From positions 1,184,001 to 1,248,000 of the forward strand of contig OZ257142.1 in assembly GCA_965279035.1 (NCBI GenBank): a DNA stretch of 64,000 bases, written 5' to 3'. Shown piece after piece: positions 19,627 to 30,100 of the stretch. Source of the stretch: Bacteroidia bacterium (GTDB lineage Bacteria > Bacteroidota > Bacteroidia > M30B66). How positions within the stretch are numbered: position 1 is the stretch's first letter; the number at the start of each line of letters is the position of its first letter. The notes under the pieces are model-generated. The model saw only the letters and a list, made by a program, of their open reading frames with translations, had not been told where the DNA came from and did no database searches. Position numbers and translations under genes: made by a program.

Positions 19627-21381
19627 TCAATAAAGTTCTAACTCATAAGGAAGTCGAGCTTGATATGATTTCATCGCACGTAAGTGCTCTAATTGCTGAT
19701 AATAACGATACGATTCACCTAGGGTTTTTTGAAGAATCGCCGCTTCTGAATCACCACTTAATTGTTTCATGAATTTCTGAAAAGGATCTTCGAGATAAGG
19801 TAATTCTTGAATGCGATAAGAAGTTAATCCTGCTTTTTTAGCTGCTATCTCAATGGCTTTATCTAAGCCTCCAAATACATCAACTAAACCTAAACGTTTT
19901 GCATCAGCGCCAGACCAAACACGACCTTGAGCAATTGAATCGACATTCGCTTTAGTCATGTGACGACCTTCTGAAACACGGGTTACGAAATTGTCATAAA
20001 TACGCTCAATTTCTTTTTGAATTACTTCGGATTCCTGAGCTGTAACGGCTCGAGAAGCTGTCATGATATCTGCATACGGATTGGTTTTAACTGTATCGAT
20101 AGTAACTCCAATATTATTTACCATTTGGCGTGCGTTGAAGAATAGACCAAATACACCGATAGAACCTGTAATTGTATTCGGGCTGGCAACGATAGTATCA
20201 CATGGAGCAGCAATATAATAACCACCCGAAGCAGCTACATTTCCCATAGAAGCAATGACTGGCTTCACTTTGCGAGTTAGCATCACTTCTCTCCAAATTG
20301 TTTCAGAAGCAAGTGCTGATCCGCCAGGAGAGTTAATTCGAAGGACAACTGCTTTTACTTTTTCGTCTAAACGAGCTTTACGAATTGCTTTTGAAAATTC
20401 AACCGAACCAACTTGTCCGTCTTTTCCTTCACCATCAACAATATCACCTTCGGCAAAAACAATGGCGATTTTATCTTTTCCTGATTTGTCGCGAGTATCT
20501 TTTACATCCACCATTTTGCCCATCGTCACAAATTCAATTTCGTCAATTCCTTTGGCGCTAGTCTTCTTTTGAAGGATTTCAAGGACTTCATCTCGGTATT
20601 TTAGTTCATCTACCAATTTATACTGAACCGCCGCTGGAGCATTCGTTACTAGCATTCGACTTGCAATATCTTGAACCTGTGCAGTCGTGATTTTACGCTC
20701 TTTAGCGATACCTTCAACTAAGTGATTCCATATAGATCCAATGTAAGAACGGATTTGTTCACGATTAGCATCCGAAAGTTTATCCTGAATGAATGGTTCA
20801 ACAGCACTTTTGAATTTTCCATGACGAAAAACCTGAGGCTCAACACCAATTTTATCGAGTGTTCCTTTGAAGAAAAGTACTTCAGAACGGAGACCTTTTA
20901 ATTCGGCCATTCCGGTAGGATGCAGGTAAATTTTATCAGCTGCTGTAGCGAGGTAATAAGAAGGTTGAGTGAACCCTTCGCTATAGGCATAGATGAATTT
21001 ACCAGATTTCTTGAATTCGATTAATTCATTGCGAATTTCTTCGATGGTAGCAATCCCAGAAGGAACGCTAGTTACATCAAGGAAAATCCCAGTAATATTT
21101 TCATCGGCAGCAGCTTTTGCAATGTTGTCAAGGATGTCGTTTAATCCGATTTGTTTTCCACCTGACATAGAGCCGAAGTTGAAGTTTGCAAATGGATTAT
21201 CGTTACCTCGATCTTTAATTGGTTCATCAAAAGTGAGATGAAGTACAGAGTTTTTTTCAAGTTTGACTTCTTTGTCGCCTGAACTAGCACCAATAATTGC
21301 TGCTAGAATAATAAAAAGCACAAAAAATGTGAGCAAAAAGCCCAGCATTGATGCGAAAACAATTTTAAAAAATGATTTCAT
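19627..21381 (-). CDS. sppA: Signal peptide peptidase SppA, 67K type
   Basis: GKFKSAVEP, LRINSPGGSA, AASGGYYIA, TGSIGV, QGRVWSG. Confidence 0.95.
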   Translation of the reverse strand: MKSFFKIVFASMLGFLLTFFVLFIILAAIIGASSGDKEVKLEKNSVLHLTFDEPIKDRGNDNPFANFNFGSMSGGKQIGLNDILDNIAKAAADENITGIFLDVTSVPSGIATIEEIRNELIEFKKSGKFIYAYSEGFTQPSYYLATAADKIYLHPTGMAELKGLRSEVLFFKGTLDKIGVEPQVFRHGKFKSAVEPFIQDKLSDANREQIRSYIGSIWNHLVEGIAKERKITTAQVQDIASRMLVTNAPAAVQYKLVDELKYRDEVLEILQKKTSAKGIDEIEFVTMGKMVDVKDTRDKSGKDKIAIVFAEGDIVDGEGKDGQVGSVEFSKAIRKARLDEKVKAVVLRINSPGGSALASETIWREVMLTRKVKPVIASMGNVAASGGYYIAAPCDTIVASPNTITGSIGVFGLFFNARQMVNNIGVTIDTVKTNPYADIMTASRAVTAQESEVIQKEIERIYDNFVTRVSEGRHMTKANVDSIAQGRVWSGADAKRLGLVDVFGGLDKAIEIAAKKAGLTSYRIQELPYLEDPFQKFMKQLSGDSEAAILQKTLGESYRYYQQLEHLRAMKSYQARLPYELELY

Positions 21382-21446
21382 GGGTAGGGAGAGAATTAGG
21401 GGTGCAAAGTAGGAAATTGTATAATGGAAAAAAGTAGTTTCGGGTC

Positions 21447-21938
21447 ATGGAACAAATCGGAATTGGGATAGGAAGTAATATGGGCGACCGACTTGGGAAT
21501 TTAAGAAGGGCAGTTGAAGAGATTCAACCTTTACTTTTGCAACAAGCGGAGTATTCTTCGGTTGTAGAATCGTCGGCATGGGGTTATCAATCATCGAATG
21601 CATATTTTAATATAGTAATTGTTGGTTTCACTAAGTTGAAGGTTGAGGATTTACTTGAAAAGCTATTATCCATTGAAAAGCAACTTGGGAGGAATAGAAA
21701 TGAAAAAGGTTACAGTGACAGACCAATTGATTTAGATATTTTATTTTATGGTAATGCAATCATTGAGAATTCCAGCCTAATTATTCCTCATCCAAGAATG
21801 GAATTAAGGGAATTTGTTATGTATCCATTGCAAGAAATACTTCCACAGTGGGTTCATCCAAAGAATGGCAAAACCATATCTGAAATAATGAAAGCATTTA
21901 ATGATGAACTGTTATTGGATAGATTTCGATTGTATTAG
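21447..21938 (+). CDS. folK: 2-amino-4-hydroxy-6-hydroxymethyldihydropteridine diphosphokinase
   Basis: IGSNMGDR, DRPIDLDIL, IPHPRM..REFV. Confidence 0.94.
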   Translation: MEQIGIGIGSNMGDRLGNLRRAVEEIQPLLLQQAEYSSVVESSAWGYQSSNAYFNIVIVGFTKLKVEDLLEKLLSIEKQLGRNRNEKGYSDRPIDLDILFYGNAIIENSSLIIPHPRMELREFVMYPLQEILPQWVHPKNGKTISEIMKAFNDELLLDRFRLY

Positions 21939-22101
21939 TTTTTAAAATTGCCAAGAATCTTACATATGTATTGTTAAAATACTGTTAACTAAGCTATGCA
22001 TCTTGTAATCAGCTTGTTGAATATAAAATGCATTGGTGTATGTTTGAAAATCATTTGATACTTTTGCGCCGATTTTAGTACTAACACCAAAAATGCTTCG
22101 A

Positions 22102-23820
22102 ATGAATAAGTTCACAAAAGCAGTTCTTCTGTTTATCATTCCAGTAACCATGCTCAGTGTAGCAAGTTGTGGAATAAAGAAAATGATTAAAGATGCCGGT
22201 AAAATTACGTATGAGGCAAAGCCAAATCCATTGGAATTACATGGCGATAGTGTAAAGATTAGTATTAGTGGAAATTTTCCAGCTAAGTATTTTCATAAAA
22301 AAGCGATTCTAACTGTTACTCCAGTTGTAAAATATAATGGAGGAGAAAAAGAGTTAAAGAGCATCATTCTTCGTGGTGATAAAGTAGAAGGTGCAGGGCA
22401 GAACATTACGTATACCGAAGGAGGAAAGTTTTCTGTTAATGATCAGTTCCTATATGTAAATGGAATGGATAAAGCAGAAGTTATATTACGTACAACTGCA
22501 CAATACAAATCAAAAACAACTAATCTTCCAGAAGTTACTATTGCAAAAGGTACGATTGTCACTCCATTGTTATTGAAAAAGGATTATCAGCCAAGTTTTG
22601 CAACAGATAAGTTTGACAAGAATCCAACGGTAACACAGAAATCAAATATTTACTATTTGGTAGATTCTTGGGAAGTGCGAAATGTTGAATTGAAGAGTGA
22701 CGAATCGGACAATATGAACCGATTTATTGATCGTGCTGCAAAAGACGGATCTGAATTCGTGAAATTGGATATCTATGGATATGCTTCTCCAGAAGGTGAA
22801 TTATCTAGAAATTCAAAACTTTCGGAAAACAGAGCTGATGAAGCGTATAAAGTGATTCTGTCTCAATTCAAAAAAGCAAAACTGAAAGATTTAGAGAAGA
22901 GAGAAGGCTTTTACAATAAGATTACTACCGATTATGAAGATTGGGATGGTTTGAAAAAGATGCTTCAAACATCTTCTATTAGTGGGAAAGATGAGGCAAT
23001 GAAAGTCATCACAACGATTTCCGATCCTGAAGCTCGTGAGGCAGAATTTAAAAAGATTGCTTCGTTTGATCCAATTTATGAGGCGTATTTCCCTAAACTA
23101 CGTCGTGCTGAAATTAATTTAGTTGCTAAAATCAAAACACGTACTGATGATCAGATTCGTGCAGCAGCTTTAGCTTCTCCTGATTCACTTGGAATGGAAG
23201 AGTTATTATATGGATCAACTTTGTTGGATTCGGATGATGATAAATTGAAAGTGTATCAAGCGTATGCACGTCGATTCCCAGAAGACTTCCGTGGTTTTAA
23301 CAATATGGGAGTTATCTATGTGAAACAAGGAAAAATCAATGAAGCTCAGCAAGAGTTTGAGAAAGCATCGAAAGTAGCTGGAAATAATGCCTTGGTACAA
23401 AATAACCTAGGAGTTGTTGCTGCAATGAAAGGTGATCGCAAAGCAGCATCTCAGTTTTTTGCAGCCGCTGGCTCAACAACCGAAGCTGCCCATAATAAAG
23501 GAAATCTAGCAGTTGCAGCAGGTAAATATGCTGATGCTTCAACTAATTTTGGATCTGAATGTAGCTACAATGCGGCATTAGCCAAGTTACTTTCAGGTAA
23601 TGCTTCTGGTGCTACACAAACTTTGGATTGTAGTTCAGATAAGGACAGTGCCGAAGGATATTACTTGCGTGCTGTAATTGCTGCTCGAAGTAATAATAAA
23701 GAAGGAGTTGTATCCAATTTGACAAAAGCTATTTCGGCTAAATCAAACCTTAAAGACAAGGCAAAAAGCGATATGGAATTTGCAAAGTATGCCACTGAAC
23801 TTGCTGGGATATTGAACTAA
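22102..23820 (+). CDS. Conserved Bacteroidota lipoprotein with OmpA-like and TPR domains
   Basis: Lipobox VASC, PNPLELHG, GYASPEG...NSKLSENRA (OmpA-like) and C-terminal TPRs (FNNMG, QNNLG). A -7 motif TACTTTTG lies at 22059-22066. Confidence 0.82.
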   Translation: MNKFTKAVLLFIIPVTMLSVASCGIKKMIKDAGKITYEAKPNPLELHGDSVKISISGNFPAKYFHKKAILTVTPVVKYNGGEKELKSIILRGDKVEGAGQNITYTEGGKFSVNDQFLYVNGMDKAEVILRTTAQYKSKTTNLPEVTIAKGTIVTPLLLKKDYQPSFATDKFDKNPTVTQKSNIYYLVDSWEVRNVELKSDESDNMNRFIDRAAKDGSEFVKLDIYGYASPEGELSRNSKLSENRADEAYKVILSQFKKAKLKDLEKREGFYNKITTDYEDWDGLKKMLQTSSISGKDEAMKVITTISDPEAREAEFKKIASFDPIYEAYFPKLRRAEINLVAKIKTRTDDQIRAAALASPDSLGMEELLYGSTLLDSDDDKLKVYQAYARRFPEDFRGFNNMGVIYVKQGKINEAQQEFEKASKVAGNNALVQNNLGVVAAMKGDRKAASQFFAAAGSTTEAAHNKGNLAVAAGKYADASTNFGSECSYNAALAKLLSGNASGATQTLDCSSDKDSAEGYYLRAVIAARSNNKEGVVSNLTKAISAKSNLKDKAKSDMEFAKYATELAGILN

Positions 23821-23837
23821 AAAATAAGATTTAAATG

Positions 23838-23871
23838 AAAAGGCGCTTGTGTAAGAACAAGCGCCTTTTTT
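23838..23871 (+). terminator. Rho-independent terminator after the TPR lipoprotein gene
   Basis: AAAAGGCGCTTGT-gtaaga-ACAAGCGCCTTTTTT. Confidence 0.88.
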
Positions 23872-24137
23872 GTTGAATATAGCCCTCCTTATGTAAGAAA
23901 TCGGAAATCTTTCGTTCGATTGCTTCGACATGAAAAAATAGCTTTGTTTCCGGTTATTGAAAAGGAATAATTGCAAAGTATTGTTTGTCGTTTTTAATTC
24001 AAACAATAGGTAGGTGTTTCAAAGAGAAGTAATGCTTCTCCAGCTTTTTCAAGCGAATACTCACATTAGGTAGAACTTATCAGTTCGCGCCATTGCTACT
24101 GCTTTGCTTTTTCATTTTTGATTTCCCGCTTTCCAAA

Positions 24138-27100
24138 ATGAAACAACTTATAATAGCGTTTAGTCTTTTCAAAACACAATCAAAGAAACACTTGATTTCT
24201 TTGATCATTACAAGCATTTTCATTTTCATTTTTTCATCCAATTTAAATTCTCAAAACCAAGCAAACAATTGGTATTTTGGAAATGGCGGAGGTATTTCAT
24301 TTAATTCAGGATCACCCATTGCTTTTGGAAATAGTGCATTAAATTCAGCCGAAGGAGTTTCTTCCATTTCCGATGCCTCGGGAAATATTCTAATGTATAC
24401 CGATGGCTTATCCTTGTTCAATCAGAATGATATCGTAATGCCGAATGGATCTGGATTACAAGGAGGTAATTCTTCTAGTCAATCGGCTGTAATTATCCGT
24501 AAACCTTTAAGTAACAATCTCTATTATTTATTCACTGCTGATCAAGATGCACAACCAGATGGCATTCGATATTCCATAGTGAATATGTCGCTAAATGGTG
24601 GCTTGGGTGATATCACTGCTACGAAAAATGTGCTTCTTCATACTCCAGCTACAGAGAAGCTAACTGCAGTAATGCATTGTAATAAAAGAGATGTATGGAT
24701 TATTGCTCATGGCTGGGGCGATAACGATTATATGGCTTGGCTTCTAACACCTGCCGGCCTTACTACAACCCCAATTACTTCATCTGTTGGGGCAACACAA
24801 GATCAATCAGTCATTGGTTGTATGAAAGCCTCTCCCGATGGAAAAAAATTGGCTTTTGCAGTTTATGATTTGGGAGGTCAACATTATGTTCAGTTGTGCG
24901 ATTTTAATCCTTCAACAGGAAGTGTTTCTAATCCTATCATCATAAATACTGCAGGTAATTGTTATGGTGTTGAATTTTCTCCAAACAGCAAATACCTTTA
25001 TTATACTGGTTGTTCTGCATCCGCTTCTTCTACAATCAATATTTATCAAGTTGATCTATGTGCAGGTTCGAATGCTGCTATAACAAGTTCTTCATCTATT
25101 GCAGGTGGTTCTTCAGTAGGTTTTATTAGAACTATTCAATTAGGTCCCGACGGAAAACTTTATTTTTCACGATTTGGTCAGAATTCGATTGGTGTTATTG
25201 ATTTTCCCAATTTACCAGCTCCTGCGTGTGGGTTTAATGTAAATGGTGTAACATTAAGTTCCGGGGCAATTTGTAAAGCAGGTCTTGCAAACTTTAACCA
25301 AAGTTTTTTAAAACCTCAAATTCCATTTACAAGCAATGCTGTTTGTTTAAATGTTGATTTTTCGGCAGATGATATAGTGAATGCTGCATCATGTCATAAT
25401 GCTGTACAGTCGATCAACTGGAATTTTGGTGAGGCAAGTTCTGGATCTTCTAATACATCTACTGCTCAAAATCCAACTCATTCCTATGCTTCTCCTGGAA
25501 CATATTCTGTCCAACTAATCGTTCATTATTCCTGCAATAACGATACACTCATTCAATCTGTTGACGTGAATTGTGGACCACAAGTGCATGTTAATGATGC
25601 CATTGTTTGTTCTGGTTCGTGTGCCTCAATTCAAGCTACAACTGTTGGAGGAACACCACCTTATACATATACATGGACCAATGGAATTCCCACTGGTAGC
25701 GGACCTCATTCTGTTTGTCCTTTAGTTAATACTCAATATATAGTTACTGTTACCGATGCTTCTGGTCAAACAGATAAGGATACAGCAAGCATAACAGTTA
25801 GTTCGGTACCAATTCCAACGATCAATTCTCAAGCAGTTTTATGTCAAGGTGGAAATTCGGGCAGTGCTTCAATTATACTTTCGGGAGGTCCTTATACTTA
25901 TCAATGGGTTGGTTATCCTGCATTATCAGGTTCCACACAAAATAGTTTACAAGCAGGAACATATCCTGTTATTATCAGTAATTCGAATGGTTGTACTCGA
26001 AATGCATCCATCACAGTTACGCAACCTTTAGCATTAACAGCAAGCATTTCAACAACAAATACAGGCTGTAGTTTGCCAAGTGGATCAGCTACAGTGAATG
26101 CAAGTGGTGGCGTTTCACCTTACTCTTATTCTTGGACTGGATATGCCGGTACTGGAAATACATTAAGCTCCATCTCCGCAGGTACTCATTCTGTAACAAT
26201 TACTGATGCAAATTCTTGTTCAATAACGTTAACGTATACTATAAATTCATCCAGCGGACCAACGCTTTCGTTACAAGAATTACAGGCTGTTAGTTGTTAT
26301 AACGGAAGTAATGGAAGTTTAGCAATGAATGTTGTTGGAGGTCTAGCACCTTATACTTATCAATGGAGTAGTGGACAAACAACAGCTCAACTAAATGGAC
26401 TCAGTTCTGGAACTTATACGGCAAGTGTTACTGATTTGAATGGTTGTGTCGCAACGGCAAGTCAAACTTTAATGAATCCGATTGCTTTAAACACCAATGT
26501 TACTTCTCAATCTGCTACTTGTAATCTAGCAAATGGTAGTGCTTCTTTGAATGTATCTGGTGCTGTTTCTCCCATTCAAATTCAATGGTCGACCATTCCA
26601 GTTCAATTTGGGTCAGTCGTTAATAATCTCTTACCTGGAAATTATTCTGTTCTCGTTACGGATGGCAATGGCTGTAGTCATAATTCTTCATTTTCAATTA
26701 CAAATCTTCCAGGGGCTCAAGTTTCAAGTTCTTCTACTTCCGTTTCATGTTTTGGATTGAACGATGCAACTATCAATCTTTCAGTAATAACACCCGATTC
26801 GTATCAAGTTCAATGGAATACAGGACAAACTGGAAGTCAATTAAATCAAATTGGAGCTGGAACCTATACTGCAACTGTTACTACTTCGGTTGGTTGTGTT
26901 AGTTCTGTAACTGAAGTGATCTCAAATCCATCACCGCTACAATTAAGTTTTTCTAGTATTTCAGCTAGTTGTGGATCTGCCAATGGAAGTGTTTTAGCAA
27001 CAGTAACAGGTGGAACATCACCTTATATATATGCTTGGACAGGAAATTCAAGTGTTAATTCTAATTCACTTTCAGGTATTCTAGCTGGAACTTATCCTCT

Positions 27101-30100
27101 AACTGTAACGGATTCCCATGGATGTTCTATTTCAGGAAATGGGAGTGTGAGTTCGATGAATGGTCCATCAATTCTGATTTCTAGTCAACAAGATCCAACA
27201 TGTTTTGGAGCTTCAACTGGATCTGCCAGCGTAACAGCCACTGGCTCAGCTTTACCATTGAGTATTCTTTGGTCAAATGGAACTAGCGGATCAAGTGTTT
27301 CTGGGTTAGTAGCTGGAAATTATTCAGCGGTAGTAACTGACGCAAATGGCTGTCAGAGTTCTGTTTCTCTCACATTAAATCAACCATCATCCATAACCAG
27401 TATAGTCTCAACCAATCCGACTATTTGTAACGCTTCCAATGGTTCTATTCAGTTAAATCTTAATGGAGGAACACTTCCTTATACTATTAACTGGGTAGGA
27501 CCATCAGTAGCTACAGGCATCAACCCAAGTGGTTTGCTTACAGGGAATTATATCGCAAATATTACCGATGCCCATGGTTGTACTGCTTCTGCTTCAGCGA
27601 ATGTCGGTTCTCAACTTCCACCTCAAGTTTCTATTTCTGAAACTCAAGTCATTTCTTGTCCTAATGGAAGCAATGCCCAATTACTTGCACAGGTTACGAA
27701 TGGTCAATCACCCTTTTCCTATCAATGGAATACTGGACAAAGCGGTAGCTCACTTTCCAATTTAAGTTCAGGATCGTATTCAGTTACTGTTACTGATGCT
27801 TCTGGTTGTTCTGCAACGAGTTCTCATGTTTTAACTGCACCCGCTTCGTGGAATATCAGTAATCAAATCAGCTCATCCACCTGCGGAAATCCAAATGGAG
27901 CCATTCAGTTGTCCATTTCTGGAGGAAGTTCACCTTATACGTGCACTTGGTCAAGCGGACAAACAGGAACACTTGTCAATCAACTTACTAGCGGAGTTTA
28001 TTCGGCTACCATTATAGATAATCATGGTTGTTCGACTAATTATTCTGGTACCGTTAACGATTTAGGTGGAGTACAATTATCGATTACTAACCAACAGGAT
28101 GCATCGTGTAATGGTTTAGCAAACGGATCTGCAACGCTGAGTATATCTGGCGGAACGGCTCCATACACTATTTCATGGCCTGACGGAAGTCAACTTACAC
28201 AACGAAATAATCTTGCAGCAGGAACATATAACGTTAATGTGACAGATGCATCAAGTTGTCAAAGTTCGGTAGCGATCCACATAAACGAGCCTGCAGCGAT
28301 TTCAGGAAATATCCAAACGACCAATGCAAGCTGTGGATTGGCAAATGGTACGGCTACTCTTTCATTATCAGGCGGTGTAGCACCTTATACTTATCAATGG
28401 AGTAATGGACAAACTGCTTCTTCAACATCAGCTCTTGCTGGAAACATTGGAGTGTTAGTGACCGATGCTCAAGGTTGTTCGCAGAATTTTGTTGCAAACA
28501 TTGGTTCTGCTCAAGTTTTATCTGCAACGATTTCCCAAACACATCCTATTTCTTGTCCTGGCGGAAATGATGGAGAGCTTAATCTTCAAATTTCTGGTGG
28601 TGTTGCACCCTATGCCTTACAATGGTCGACCGGTGAATCGAGTTTAGCAATTACGACGCTTTCTGCAGGAAACTATTCGGTAAATGTGACTGATGCTACT
28701 GGTTGTAGCAGTAATGCTAGTTTTCAAATTTCAGAACCTAGCAATTGGTCTGTTCAAGCAATTACCACTTCTTCAACCTGTGGTAATGCCAATGGTTCTC
28801 TCCAATTAACTGTTTCGGGGGCAAGTGCACCATATTCCATTATGTGGTCTAACAGCCAGACTGGATTATCTGCCAATCAACTACTTGCAGGAACATATAC
28901 CGCTTCGATTAGTGATGCTTTGGGTTGTTCAACTTCTTCTACTTATTCAGTTGCTGATGCTGGTGGATTACAGCTTTCTGTAAGTAGTCAATCAGATGCC
29001 CATTGTGCAGGCACTTTGGATGGTATTGCTCAAGTTCAAGCTGTTGGCGGAACAGCTCCTTATATGTATCAATGGTTTGATGGATTGAATGCAAGTCAAC
29101 GTGCTGATCTATCCGCAGGAAATCATCTTGTAACTGTAACCGATGCTAATGGATGTTCTGCTTCTACCCAAGTTTTAATTTCAGAACCTTCTTCCTTGGA
29201 TGGAATTTTAACAATTAATGATGGTACCTGTGGATTAGCCAATGGTTCAGCCAGCATTCAAGCCAATGGAGGAACCTTGCCTTATTTTTATTCTTGGACT
29301 AATTCATCTGTTTTACCAACAATAACAGGACTTTCTACCGGTTCTATAGGTGTATTAGTTACGGATGCGAATGGCTGTCAGAGGAATTTTATTGGAACAG
29401 TTGGAATGGCTCCGGCGCTTCAAGTGGCAGCAACAGTTACACAATCAATTTCCTGTTTTGGTGGATCAAATGGAGAAGTTCAACTCAGTGGTGGTTCGAA
29501 TCTACTTGTTAACTGGTCAAACGGACAAACAGGAATGAACCTACAAAACGTATCAGCTGGATCTTATTCAGCAATTGCAGTTGATGCGGGAGGATGTTCA
29601 GATACGATAACTGTCAGTCTTAATGAACCAGCAGCCTTATCCGGACAATTAAACACTCATGATGCTACTTGTTTTCTAGCCGATGGTGATGCATCTCTTC
29701 AAGTTGCAGGTGGTACATCGCCGTATGTATATTCTTGGTCGAATGGTGCAAATGTGCAGAGCGTTTCTAGTTTAAGTGCGGGCGATTTTTCTGTTCAAAT
29801 TACAGATGCAAACGGGTGTCAAATCAGCCTTTCTGGAACAATTTCCTCACAACAAAACTTGCAAATTCAGTCGATACAAGTAATTGATGCTAGTTGTGCA
29901 GGTTCAAGTGATGGAAGTGCCAATGCGACAATCATTGGTGCCGTTGGAAATGTTACTTGGAATTGGTCGAATGGAAACACAAGTCAACAAGCAGTTAATC
30001 TCAATGCAGGTACTTATCAGGTTGAGGTTTCGGATGCTGCAGGCTGTTCGGTTACACAAAATTTTACCATACAACAACCAATTTCTTTAAGTGCAACTGT

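Noticed and set aside
23950-24060. c-di-GMP or other known riboswitch upstream of the adhesin
   Set aside because: GCAAA is present, but the paired P1/P2 and tetraloop-receptor architecture is not recognisable.
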